Below are positions 1 through 12,000 of a stretch of DNA of 64,000 nt, in pieces; positions within the stretch are counted from its first letter, which is position 1; each line of letters begins with the position of its first letter. Location: assembly GCA_009103225.1 (NCBI GenBank), contig RHPI01002090.1, positions 768,414 through 832,413 of the forward strand, written 5' to 3'. The translations under genes and the position numbers were made by a program. The notes under the pieces were generated by a model. The model ran no database searches. It worked only from the letters and a program-made list of their open reading frames with translations, and had not been told where the DNA came from. Source of the DNA: Chlorokybus atmophyticus. Taxonomy: Eukaryota > Plantae > Mesostigma and Chlorokybus algae.

Positions 1-822
1 TGCTTTGTGACAAGACACATGCTGGTATGGCATGTGTGCCCAGTCAAGTGGCAGCATGAGCAGGACAGGAGGATTGGCAGGGCAAAACTTCTTCTTTGCT
101 GCGTGGGTTGATGGCGGTGTATGATGCCAACAACACTCCTCCTTCCACGTGATGCGGAAATGGAGGATGCAGAATGCGCTTTACAGATGTATACACGCAA
201 ACTGTTAATAATGGTGCATATTATTTACTCTTCGCCACAACTTGGTAACAACAAGTGTTGGTTACCGTACTCTTATTGTTTGTTTCTCCTCCCCTCAACA
301 AGTTCTTAGCGTTTCGGCCTTTGATATCAGAGGGGCGGGTCATGAAGCATCCTTCATGTTGCAGTATTGAGGCTGCTATCTTAACATGCAAGTAGTGGTC
401 ATCCAGCGTCAAGTGCCACTGATGCTTGGAGCTTTATGCTAATGTTTGTTGACCTTTCCATATTCCATTGGTTAGCACTCAGTTTTAAATTAGGTAACGA
501 GACACATTGCAGTGGCAGTAGACGGCGGGCGCAGGGAATTTGCACTCATGTGATGGTCTGTAGAAAGGCAACATGATGGCAATTATATGCACGATAGGAG
601 AATGGGTTGTAGAAGCACACAACACCAGAGCAGCACAGTGTAGCACAGCACAATGGTCATCAAGAGCAACAGCATCAATAACAACAGCATGGGCTGGCCC
701 AGGCCCCTACTATCTGAACAGTAAACAATAGCACGCAAGCAAACGCAAAGGCGAGGCGGCAGACAGCGTCGTTGGCGAGGTGGCACGCACAAGCAGCGGT
801 GACGATGACTGGCATGCTGACG

Positions 823-869
823 CACCTGGTACACAAGCGCCACACCGTGTGGCGCTTGTGTACCAGGTG
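823..869. repeat. Perfect 23-bp inverted repeat with 1-nt centre (palindrome/hairpin)
   Basis: cacctggtacacaagcgccacac (823-845) + c + gtgtggcgcttgtgtaccaggtg (847-869); the arms are exact reverse complements. Confidence 0.95.
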
Positions 870-3641
870 GCCCACACGTTAGCAACTGCCAGTGTGGGGC
901 AGTGCTAACTGTGGCGGCGGTTGGTTTCGTGTGGCCTTTGCAATCGGCTGCACCCAATCACAACTGCACTAAAATGGCTGCAACGGTCTCAAGATAGTTA
1001 GGCATTGGCAAATGCAAACATGACCCAAAAAAGCGGTTATGGGACTCATGCTTCCCGCAATGTGCCCACCTTTCGTGCTATCATGTGATACAAATGCTTT
1101 GCTGTCAGCCCATACAACCCGTGGCAATCTGATCATGCGTCCACGCAGCTTTGCAAGCAAACGACAACTGTAACCTTGCATGCACATGTCCATAATCAAC
1201 TCCAACATGCTTGCCACAAAGTCCGACTTGAATGAGCATAAACGTGCAAAGCAGACATACTGGCTTGTAATGACACCATACTTGCAGTTTTATGCAGATC
1301 TGAATGCGGATGTGGAGCATGAGTGAGTAGGATGGCATGAAACTGTGGTTGCTTCTTTTTGCTATAGATGGCCGTGCACAAACCCACTGTTCGCTGCTGA
1401 AAGACATGCATGTCAAGGAATGGTACTGCTCCACCAGGTGCAAACTCATTCAACTATAACATGCTTTCAAAACAAATGCCACCGTGTAATGCAATTGGTG
1501 ACTGGTACATTACATCCTTAAAATCTGAAATGTCGTGCACGAACAAATCATCCACATAACGCACGCTAAATGCATGTTTCTCTACGAGGGCTTAGTCCCC
1601 GAGAGCAATAAAACGGTGCATGAACTCCAACTCACACATGAAAAATAAGAAGTCCGCAAGAAAAACCTGCGTTGTTACCCATCGTGATGCCGATGACTTG
1701 TTGATACACTGCATCTGCTGCGTCTTGAACATACAATTGATCAATCACAAAGTTGAAATGTGCGATTAAAGTTCTGGCAGTGTACACTCTTTGAGATCAT
1801 GTGAGACGCTATGCCATGACACGGTACCATTCAGGTGCGTCTTCACCGTCCTTGCAATCTATTAGCAATGAATGGTGTGCATGTGTGGCTTGAAATTCAA
1901 ACACGCATTGCACAAACTTGGCCTTACGTTCACGCAACTGTGCATGCTCAAGACATCTAGCGTCATGAGGTGCTTGTTTGCTGTTTACTTGGCTTGTTGA
2001 GTGGTTCTTGTGTTCACGTGGTGTCTTCAATAAAATCTGCTAAGTCTGCGAGCATCCATAAACGTATGTGTGGCACTGATACATCGCATTCAGCAAAGTA
2101 GTGTGCCATAAATCATGTGCTAACGGCAACGAACACTTGTAGCATCTGGTCAACCATATGGACACATTTGTAAGGCTTGTTTAAAATGCAGCTGCTATAA
2201 AATATCGTAAGTGTATGTGTACTTTCATTTGTCCATAAAGCAAGCGCATGGACTGTGCACGCTTATTTGCTTGACACGATTATGCAACTATCTGAGGTGT
2301 TAATAATGCATCAAGCATTTAGCATTTCAGCATGAGACAACCAACGGCCTGCAATAACGAGCTCAGCTATGGTGTGCTGATCATCTCGACTCCGGTAAGT
2401 TGTCAATGTTTAATTTATCCACGTAACCCTAAAAATGCTTTTTTAAAATTTCAAACAAGGGTGTTTCACATCAAGCATGTGTTATATTCACGGTAGGCTC
2501 GTCTTTGAAGCGTAACACTTAAGGGACATGTACACTTAAAATAAATTCAAGTACATGTCTGACTTTCATAAAATTTTGATAGTCAACTGTCTGATTTGGC
2601 ACTTTTATTTCTATCTTGGGCTTACAGCTATAAGCCAACCATACACAAGTGTACACATGTGTGTGTTTTATCGGTACCTTTTTGTAGGTCTTGTCAACAG
2701 TGCCTGACGTCGGGCGTCGGGAGTTAGAGCTAGCAAAGTAGCTCGCAACTTTCAGTTGAGGCACATGTGATTGATGCGCAAGATAGGACCGCTATGTTAA
2801 GAGACGTGGTTGCGACTCGCAACTTGCGAGTCTCAGGCAGCACGAGTCACGGAGTGGCGAAGCATTCAAGGCACTCTCAGCTAATGTGCATACAATAGCA
2901 CAAGTATGTATGCATTGATAGATTATGCAATTAAGCCTTTATGTATACATAAGTACACATACACATGTAATTTAATACACACAGTACATCATATTTGCAC
3001 CATTACAACCCCCTCCTCCGGGCGATGGATATAATTACCTATCAACAAAAAGTTGTTATACGCTCGTTTTATAATGCAAAATAAACAAGCGGGGGGGAGG
3101 TGTAAAAGGGAACTTTAATTTGGTTGATATGATGTATTTGGGTGCATGTGCGTATTTATATACTTGGAAATGTGTATATATACATACATACATGCACATG
3201 TGGATTGAATTTTGTACATTATACCTATAGGTATGGTTATAGCTATAACCATCTCATTAATTCAATTTGTATAAATAGCTCATTGGCATTAAGGTAGTCA
3301 AGCACGTATTGCGCAGCGTAACTACCACGCACCTTACATCTTATTTTATGTAATCATTGAATGGCGTGGTTACTACACACCTTATACTATACCGCAGCTT
3401 GCCTTTGTTATAAAAATGTTCTTGCGGTTTGCATGTTGCGTGTCAATGTGACGGGTGCTGGCATGCGGTTTTGGGCCGTCCGTATGACACTATTAATAAT
3501 TGAAGGTGGATTTGTCCCCCTTCCTGCCTTCTTGCACTTACGTAAGTGCTTATAGCACGCATGTTGCAACAACCAACATGACGCAAATAGTGTTTATTAA
3601 TGTAAGCTTGCATCTAAACATGACACATTCAGCCCTGCCTG

Positions 3642-4140
3642 GCACTTGAAGAGCGAATGAAATTTGTTGGACAATATGCCGCATTGTCCTACCTTAACGC
3701 ATCAGGCTTTGAAAAGGCTTTACAATTGCTAGCTCCAAACTCGCGATGCTCGATACTTGTAAGAAAGTGCCGTACAAAACACATGAGTGACATACCTGAC
3801 ATGCCCAGTCATGCGTAGCACTTGAGGAGCGGCTCGATTTAGAATCGAACATGTCACACTGTCATATTGCAATGCAGCAGGCGCTGCAAAGGTTTTGCAA
3901 TTGCTAGCACTAAGTTGTGACACCAGAGACTTGCAAGAAACCGCCGAATGCAAACCATCCGTGACTTACATGGCATGTTAAGCTTTGCGCAGCACTTGAG
4001 GGGTAAATCGAGCATTTTCGCCACAAGATGCCAAATTGTCTTATCTGAATGCAGCAGATTTTTAAAAGGCTTTGCAATAGCTAGCTCTGACTTGTGATAC
4101 CCGAGACTTGCCGAAAAGTGCCGAATGAAAACACCAGTGA
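3642..4140. repeat. Degenerate tandem repeat, about 175-bp unit, about 3 copies
   Basis: Recurring blocks gcacttga(a/g)g at about 3642/3818/3992 and aaagg(c/t)tt..caat.gctagc at about 3712/3888/4066, each followed by g(a)(c)acttg...aag..gccg.a...aaa...c..gtgac. Confidence 0.8.
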
Positions 4141-5471
4141 CAATCACAAGCGCGAGGTTAATTAAATTCAACAAGAGCTGCATGCAGTGAAAGACACGCT
4201 ATTATGATTCTGACGATTGACTTACAATTATCTATTCGTGCTCATCCCGCGACTTTTGGCTTTCATCTCATCTGACAACCTTGTATTCAAATGGCTTTGC
4301 CATTTGCGCTTAACTTGAGCCGAATCTGTGACTTATTGTCCACCTCTCTTTCATCTTGCTAAGACCTAAACAGTGTTTTAGACAAGTCCACTGATCTCAT
4401 TGCACGCGTAACCTCTTTTTAAGCAAACATATAAAGATATAGCTTCAAGTATGCGCGTTATAAGACTCGAGTAGGAAAGTCTAAGCCTGTTGATCACTAT
4501 TGTTTCATTACTATTCCACCTCCGCTAGGCCTAGCACTTCGCGCACCTATAACTACCCATAAATGGTGCAGTTGTGCGAGCTCAGATTCTTGTGCGACGC
4601 GATGTCGGATTCCAACATGCACGATGAGACACACATGATCAATGGAGCAAGAGACATAAGGCTAATTGTGGGCAGTTGGTAAACTTTACGGGTGGTAAAG
4701 GCGTCATATGCCTTCACCGGGTGTGGCAATGATCTCCTGCCATTTCATAATGGCAGCCCCCCCCCCCCCCCCNNNNNNNNNNNNNNNNNNNNNNNNNNNN
4801 NGCCCCCCCCCCCCCTCCGCGCGCGGTACGGGTGGTAAAGGCATCACACGCCTTCATCGCCGGGTAAAGGCACATGCCGCCTATACCACCCATATCAAAT
4901 CCCATGCGGTGGGTAGTACCCATTTTTTCCTGATTGCTTGGTGACTCAATATTATCACATTCAATAAGCTGCGCTTTGCGCTTGGTATCAAAGTCTGGTT
5001 CAACTTATAGGCCCTTTAAGTAAACTGTTGAATATGCGTTTAATTCAACAGCTAAGCTGTTTATCATCGCGCTGCAATCCAACTTAATATTAATATTAAT
5101 AATTCGTGTCCCTTTGCTTCGTGCTACAGTCGTTTCATTGTAGCCCAATAAGCTTTCATTTGCAAGTGCGCGTGCTGCAGATGTACATAGCTAAGTACAA
5201 TGCCTTTGGGACTACATATACATGATAAGCACGGACAAATGCAAGCATCTAAAGCAAGCTTGCACTAAAGCTTTACACAATGATGGCATTGCCAACTCTG
5301 TCATGCGTCTTCCTTCACATGTTCATGTGTATTCATTGTACATCACGAATAAACAATCATGTGCAACGGATGTTCCACTAACAATGCAACATGGAAATGC
5401 ACATACACAGTGGCATGCACAGTCAGCAGCATGCAGAGTGACATAGCGCATACCAACCACACTATTGTAAA

Positions 5472-5698
5472 GTTCACCACCGGGTTCATTCACTACCTAA
5501 CACAACGCCCATGTGGGCAGGTGATTACCAACTGCATATTGACTGCTGCATGTCTAACGGGGTAGAGGCAGTAGATTAGCGTGCTAGTAGCCCGGTGGTC
5601 AACTAATTGTCATTTGTACGACACCTTGCATGTGTTGCTGCGTGCTGACTGAACTACACGTTATGCATGCGCATGCATGTCCTGCATTTGATGTACAC
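5472..5698. mobile_element. Short dispersed repeat / MITE-like element, copy 1
   Basis: 5506-5698 matches the reverse complement of 53009-53202 almost throughout. Imperfect 15-bp inverted motifs gttcaccaccgggtt (5472-5486) and agcccggtggtcaac (5589-5603). No clear TSD or coding capacity. Confidence 0.65.
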
Positions 5699-5892
5699 TA
5701 CTCCACCCTACTATTGTGCGAATCATCTGCCGATGCTGAGAGACGCAACCTGAAACATGTACCAAGTCCTTGTTTATGAAAGCAAATACACAATGCGCAA
5801 GCCAATGCAACATGCACGAAAGTTTTTGCTGTACATGAGCACCTGCCCTGTCCCAACGCAGTACAAAATGCAAGGCCTATAGTGATGTGCTA

Positions 5893-8722
5893 TCAGGAGT
5901 TCATGGCTGCATCGGTATCATTCACAAATGAGACACGCACCCGCAACACGCTAATAAGGCCCCTGTCATTAACATTCAACACACCGCCACTGCTGTCAAC
6001 ATCTTCGCAGTGCATAAGCTCCATGACTGGCCTCGTCAGGTTGGGCCGGGTCATTTCCTCCAGCACGGGTGGCGCTTGCATGTATAAGTTCTCGCCACCA
6101 TATGAAACACTGGGCGCCCGCAGCTTGTTCTTCAATCGCTGGTCCTTCAGAAGCAGATCAATAAACTGCCAACACACAAAAACTTGTCATAGCAGTACAA
6201 TGAAAAAGGAAATACAGCACGAATGGCTCATCACAATTCCAGCTCTCTTCAAAGGGTACAGCGCAAGCTTACTTGCTGCAGAGTATGGCTGCTGTGCATT
6301 GGCATCGAGATGCCTGGGCTGCAAATGATGCACTCTGGGTCTTTCTCATAGGATACAGTGTGGGTGTACACGCCTTGCGTCGCAACGTACCTGCGCAAGG
6401 GTGGAGGAACGGGGTGTGTGCTATGTGCCAGCACACATGCGTGGGTTCGTGACATGTTGCAAGCGGCTTACATCATGTAGTTGTCCATCCCAGTACTGCA
6501 CATGGTTGCCATTTTCAAGGTCTCAACTGTGCAGGCAGCGGCTATGATGGCGTTTGTTGACGCAATCGCTGGTATGATGTTCTTCACAACACCCTACAGA
6601 AACGGCAATGGCATTGTGTACCCTTGTCACTTCTGGCTGAATACCTTCCATAATAAATCGCCTCGCAAACCTTCGTGCAAACAAGCGGCCAGGAGAGGCT
6701 TCCATACCTGAGTCATCGAGTAGGTGACACCTGAGATGCCGTAAGATTCCGCGCGCAACATGGCATTGTCGTACACCCATTTCATGTGCTCTGGGTTGTC
6801 GGCATCAAATGTGTCTCCTGAGCGTTCCTACTTGCAGCATCAAAGGAGTTGGCAACGACACACATATGATTGAGGCTTGGCCAGGCCTCATCCAGGCAAG
6901 AGGTTTGACAGAGCGTTGTGGTGAATGGTTAACAGCTAAATGGTGTTGACGACAAGGGTTGCAAATGCTGACCTGACTCCATTGGATAAGGTGTGCATAC
7001 TCTATACAGTGCGCGGGTGACCGAGGGGTTTCAGCGATTGTGCAGAGCGGGAATGTTGTTTGCGGTGGAAACAACCAGAGGGTGCATTGAAAACAGGGTG
7101 TGGTGCCGGGAATGATGACCCTCGCGTGGCCCTTGAAGCCTTCTGTGCCGCCATCTACCATGGGTTTGATCGTGGTGACATCTGGCTCCCCATCTTCTGT
7201 GTACTCTGCATACGATGCAACATACGTGGTCAACACATCCAATACCTATACATGCACAAATATGATATCCACAGGCCATGTGCATATGGCATACCCAGAA
7301 AGCCACAGGCAACCGCATTGATGTAACTGCGCGCTTCCAGCGAATCCAGTCCCAATACGATGATAGCAAAGTCACGGTACCAATCCTGATCCTTCTCTTC
7401 AATGCGGCAGAAGTGTGGCGTCACCTGCATACATATGGCCACAGAGCTTGGAGCACAATTCACGACAAGCACGCAAACAAGTCATTACAAGCCAAAGCTG
7501 CAAACATGTGCTGGCACACGTGCGTTGTGAGTAGACAGCCTCTACTATGATGGTAATCTAAGATAAACCTTGAAGTGCTAGAGCACTGACTAAAAGATGG
7601 GCTGGTCATGGACAGCGTTGCTGTCAACCTTTCAAGTCTGCATAAAACAAGCATGCAAGCTGTGCTTTGCGGATGACCTGATGCTTACCGTGACACCTGG
7701 GATGCGCTCCATGACACGCTTTGCAGCCACTTCGGCTTTGGGCTTGCCCACATCTTGAGCCCTGCCTTTAGCAGAGAGATGCATATTGGTCAACTTGTGC
7801 TGGGCTTGGGCTACGTGTGATGTGCAGCAGCACACCTGAACAGGAACTGTCGGTTGAGGTTTGAGATGTCGATGGTGTCCATGTCAATCACGTCAATGTT
7901 ACCAAAGCCGCATAGCGCCAGATCCTTTAGCAGCTCACAGCCCAGGCCTCCAGCGCCAATGACAAGTATGCGGCAGTCTGCCTGGAGAAACTGGCGCAGC
8001 TGCATGCCATAACACGCAACTGTTAAGTGCGTAAGACTCAGCAAGTTAGAACCAATATAAGCAGCCACATCATTTGTTGGTAATCCGCATAGGAAGTCAT
8101 GACCTTGCCAACAATAAAAAGTGTGCGGCAGTCTGCACCAGCTGCCAACAGCGAGCTTGCTGACCCAAACGCCTTTGCACGAGCGTGCAACTACTGCTGT
8201 AGGCAAGGTGTTGCAAATGGCCTCGTAATTAACTCAATGACAAGCGCAAAGCTACTGCTGAGCTTCAACATAGCACTGCTAACCATTGCAACTGGTTGAA
8301 TTATACCCATCAAACCACACTTGATTGAACTTCGTGCATGCAACTCGCTAGAACAACATGAAGTGCGAAAACTTGCGAGTGTGACTGCCATGCAGACCTA
8401 CAACTATGCTGTTTGGACCAGTACGCTTGTCCACAAACCGATCCATGTTGCAGCATTCCTAACTCGCATGGGCTGCTCAGCTGCTAAACACGCGTTCGAG
8501 AGGCATCAAGTTTCCTAGCATGCATGCTATTCTAGAGTGTGCAATGTGAAACCTTGCATGTCAGACAGCAACCCTTGTAACAACCAGCAGTTGACAGGAC
8601 GAAGACCAGCTCACCTCCGGGCCCGGCTCAAACCCAGGACCGACGATGTTGCCCTGCCGCAGAAGCAGCTTGTCCAAGTCCCGCCAGCGAGCGTCCTCAT
8701 CCAAGCGCCCATCCTCTAACAT
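5893..8722 (-). CDS. UBA3: NEDD8/RUB-activating enzyme E1 catalytic subunit (multi-exon)
   Basis: Spliced exons give [101 protein letters not shown], the catalytic-Cys segment [24 protein letters not shown], and a C-terminal exon ending at TGA 5893-5895. Confidence 0.95.
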
Positions 8723-9008
8723 GGCTCGCACGCGCGCACGACCACCGCCGCCGCCGCCGCCGTCACCCAGCTGAGCTTAAATCAACCGTATGGAAAGCAA
8801 AACGCAAAAGTGACTTTGTTGCATGCCGGTGGTGACCCAGAGGAGAGGCATGAGCTTGTGGATGGAGACGGGGTGTCAAGAGTTGATTTTAGTTGCTGGT
8901 TGTCGCTGGGCGTCTCTTGGGCAAGTGTGCGTGTAGTGGGGTATGTGTTGGCTTCAGCAGCTGGCATGCTGTAGCAGCAGCAGGCGCAAGCAACAGCGCT
9001 AGGCTGCT

Positions 9009-12000
9009 ATGGCCGCAGGCGTCGAGAATGTGGCCGCAAAGGACATCTACTTCTACGCCAAGTCTGCCTTGAAGAGCAGTGCCGTGCTGCAAGCCATCTG
9101 CGGCCGCGTCAGGGATCCCGCTGTTATTGACGTTGTGCTCGGCAAGGTGAGCAGCCAGCCAGCATGCGTGCTGCTGCTTGCAACCAACGACGTGGTATTC
9201 ACTTGATGCACAGAGACAACTGCTCTTGTGCATGTGAACCAAAGAAACCAACAGCCTCAATCATAACATTCAAAGCAGCTCCATGAACAGAAGTGGTGTC
9301 CAAGCTTTTGCCGAATTGCTCTTCGTTAACACGTGAGACACGTTTGCTCAACGCACACTGTTTATCTTGTTGCAATTTGCTATGCCTTCGCGACTGACAG
9401 TGCAACAGCCGCCGTGTGTTTACAAACAACGTCGCATGATCTTATGTGTCCTCCCGAGGTTTGTCATAGATTACATGGTTGGTGTTCTCAACTGTTGAAG
9501 CTGATGTAGGAACAAATCACCACATCAACGTTCTGTACCCGTTCCTACACACACGCGCTCACGCGCACACGTGCATCCGCACACATGCAGTCGACGACAA
9601 CAACCAGCTCACTGTTGGTGCTTGTTCGCTTGGCAGGAGACAGTGTTGGAATTGCTCGCACAAGGGAACGATGGCTGTTTGCATTCGCTTTGCGAACAGT
9701 CAGTGTTCGGCACAATACGCGACCTGAAGCTACTGCCATGGACCTCAGAGCTCCGCCTGTCGTCTCCAGAAGCACAGGTTGGTCCCTGACTTCACAGTCT
9801 GTGTCGCAGTTTGCATGCCCCCCCCCCCCCCCCCCCCNNNNNNNNNNNNNNNNNNNNNNNNNNNNNNNNNNNNNNNNNNNNNNNNNNNNNNNNNNNNNNN
9901 NNNNNNNNNNNNNNNNNNNNNNNNNNNNNNNNNNNNNNNNNNNNNNNNNNNNNNNNNNNNNNNNNNNNNNNNNNNNNNNNNNNNNNNNNNNNNNNNNNNN
10001 NNNNNNNNNNNNNNNNNNNNNNNNNCCCCCCCCCCCCCCCCCCCCCAAAAGCACCAAGCAGTTGGTCGGAAACTTGAAGCAGTGGCACGCTGTTGTGTTC
10101 TTAAGTGCACGGTGCATCTTGGCCATTTCCTCTGCTTTCCATTGTTCTTCGTGCCTTTAAGCATGCTGGAGAAGAGTGAAGATCAGGCGGAGGGGGGTTT
10201 GGGACTACTTACCTGCAGTCGATGCACATGCACACATGCACATAAGTGTCGCATTGCCAAGAGCAGTGGCTGGTCTGGTGTTTATTGGTAGACTATTTAT
10301 TGTTATTGATGCGATCTGGATGTTGTTGGACATGTGCAAGCCAACAACAACCACTCCATCACTTGGTGCATCTCCTTGAAGCTTGACTACTTGTTGCTAC
10401 TGGCACGGTATACTTGACCACTGGTTCGTGCAGGGGAAGGATCTCCTAGTTCTCCTGTCTGATTCTGGGAAACTGTCGTTTGTCACATTCAGCAATGACC
10501 TGCATCGGTACGCGCTGGTGTTTGGTAGGTTTGCACTCTGTGTGTACTGTTTTTGTTGTCGCGAAGCGGTTGTTGTCGTAACCACTGTATTTGGTAGGTT
10601 TCTGGCTCTGTCCCAGGTGCATTTATCATATCCTGGATTTGATCGCCGAGAACTGGGGCGCTCACTAGCTATTGAGCAAAGGTACGACAGCAGCTGAGCA
10701 CTGCTGCTCAGGCAGTTGAGTCAATACTAATTCTCTCTCGCACATCTTCCCTGACCCGCTGTGTTGCCGCTGTGTACATTCAGGTCACGGGCGGTGGCTG
10801 TCTCCGCCTTTCAGGACCGTTTGTCTATCTTTCCTATTACATCATCCGCAGGAGATCGCATTGTTCAGGAGGTCAGTTCTCAACTGTTGCTGTTTGGTCT
10901 GTGTCACACACGTGTGCGTTGTGAGCAGTGCGCAACCGTTGTGACACACCTGCAGGGCACAGTATACCCAGGAGAGGCCTTTCCTGGTCCGCCCTGGGAG
11001 GCGCCTGATGGCAGCGCTGACGTGTCCTGCCCAAGCTGGGGAACTGTCTGGAGTATGGCGTTCATTGCATGCGATGCTGTGGATGTCGCGCGCGGAGTGG
11101 TCAAGCTGGCTATTATTCTTCACAGGTTGGCCGAATGATGGTGATGTCCAGCCTATTCCAAATTGAGAGAGAGCTTGTATAATTTACTTATTCCAATGCA
11201 GGCCAGGCACTCGAGGGAATGAGATTCAGATACTGAGCTGTTGGACTCATAATCACCACACCTGCTTAGAGGCGCGGTTCATGCCTCCCGGACTCAGTCC
11301 CGGCTACGCGCCAGCACTTGCCATCCAACTTGTTCCCACCGCGCACGTTGGCATGCTTTTGGTCATCTGCGAGGGGTGTGTGCTCCTACTGACTGTGGTG
11401 GCTGTGGCTCAAGCACCTGTGCTAGTTGGCAGTGTTAGGCTGCCTAGTGATGGCCTCTCGACCAGCAAACCGCCCTTCATTACAGCCTGGGAATGGGAAG
11501 CCAACGCGGGGTCGACCAGGCTTATCACCATCACCGACAAAGGCAACTTGCACCTCTTGCAGCTGACAAGTTCTGGCAATGGCGCTGAGCTGCAGCTTGG
11601 CCCTGTGCTGTACACTGCGAGACCCTGCAACCAGTTGTTATGGTTGGCACAGGGATGTGTTGCAGCATTTGTTGAACTTGGAGATGGCGTGATGCTTCAA
11701 TTTGCATCCAATGCTCAACTTCAGCACAAGTCGGACATCCTGAACACTGCGCCGCTTTTGGACTTTCAGATGGTGGACTTTTACAGCGAAAATCAGGATC
11801 AGATCTTTGCTGGCAGTGGGGTTGGAGTTGAAGGGTCCATTCGCGTGATTAGGAATGGCAACAAGGTGGAGCTCCTGCTGAGTTCACCTCCGCAATATGC
11901 TGGTGTTACTGGCGTATGGAGCTTGCGCCTGAGGCGGGAAGATACGTATCATTCTTACCTGGTCATGACGTTTGTGGATGCAACCCGCGTGCTTTCTGTT

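Noticed and set aside
1030-1459. PHD-finger-like fragments (WDSCFPQCAHLSC; KEWYCSTRCK)
   Set aside because: Could not be joined into a consistent spliced frame, and Cys spacing is imperfect.
9545-10291. Long poly-Pro/poly-Gly ORFs spanning N-runs (also near 4.7, 22.5, 23.4, 43.5 and 59.7 kb)
   Set aside because: Artefacts of translating homopolymers and gaps.
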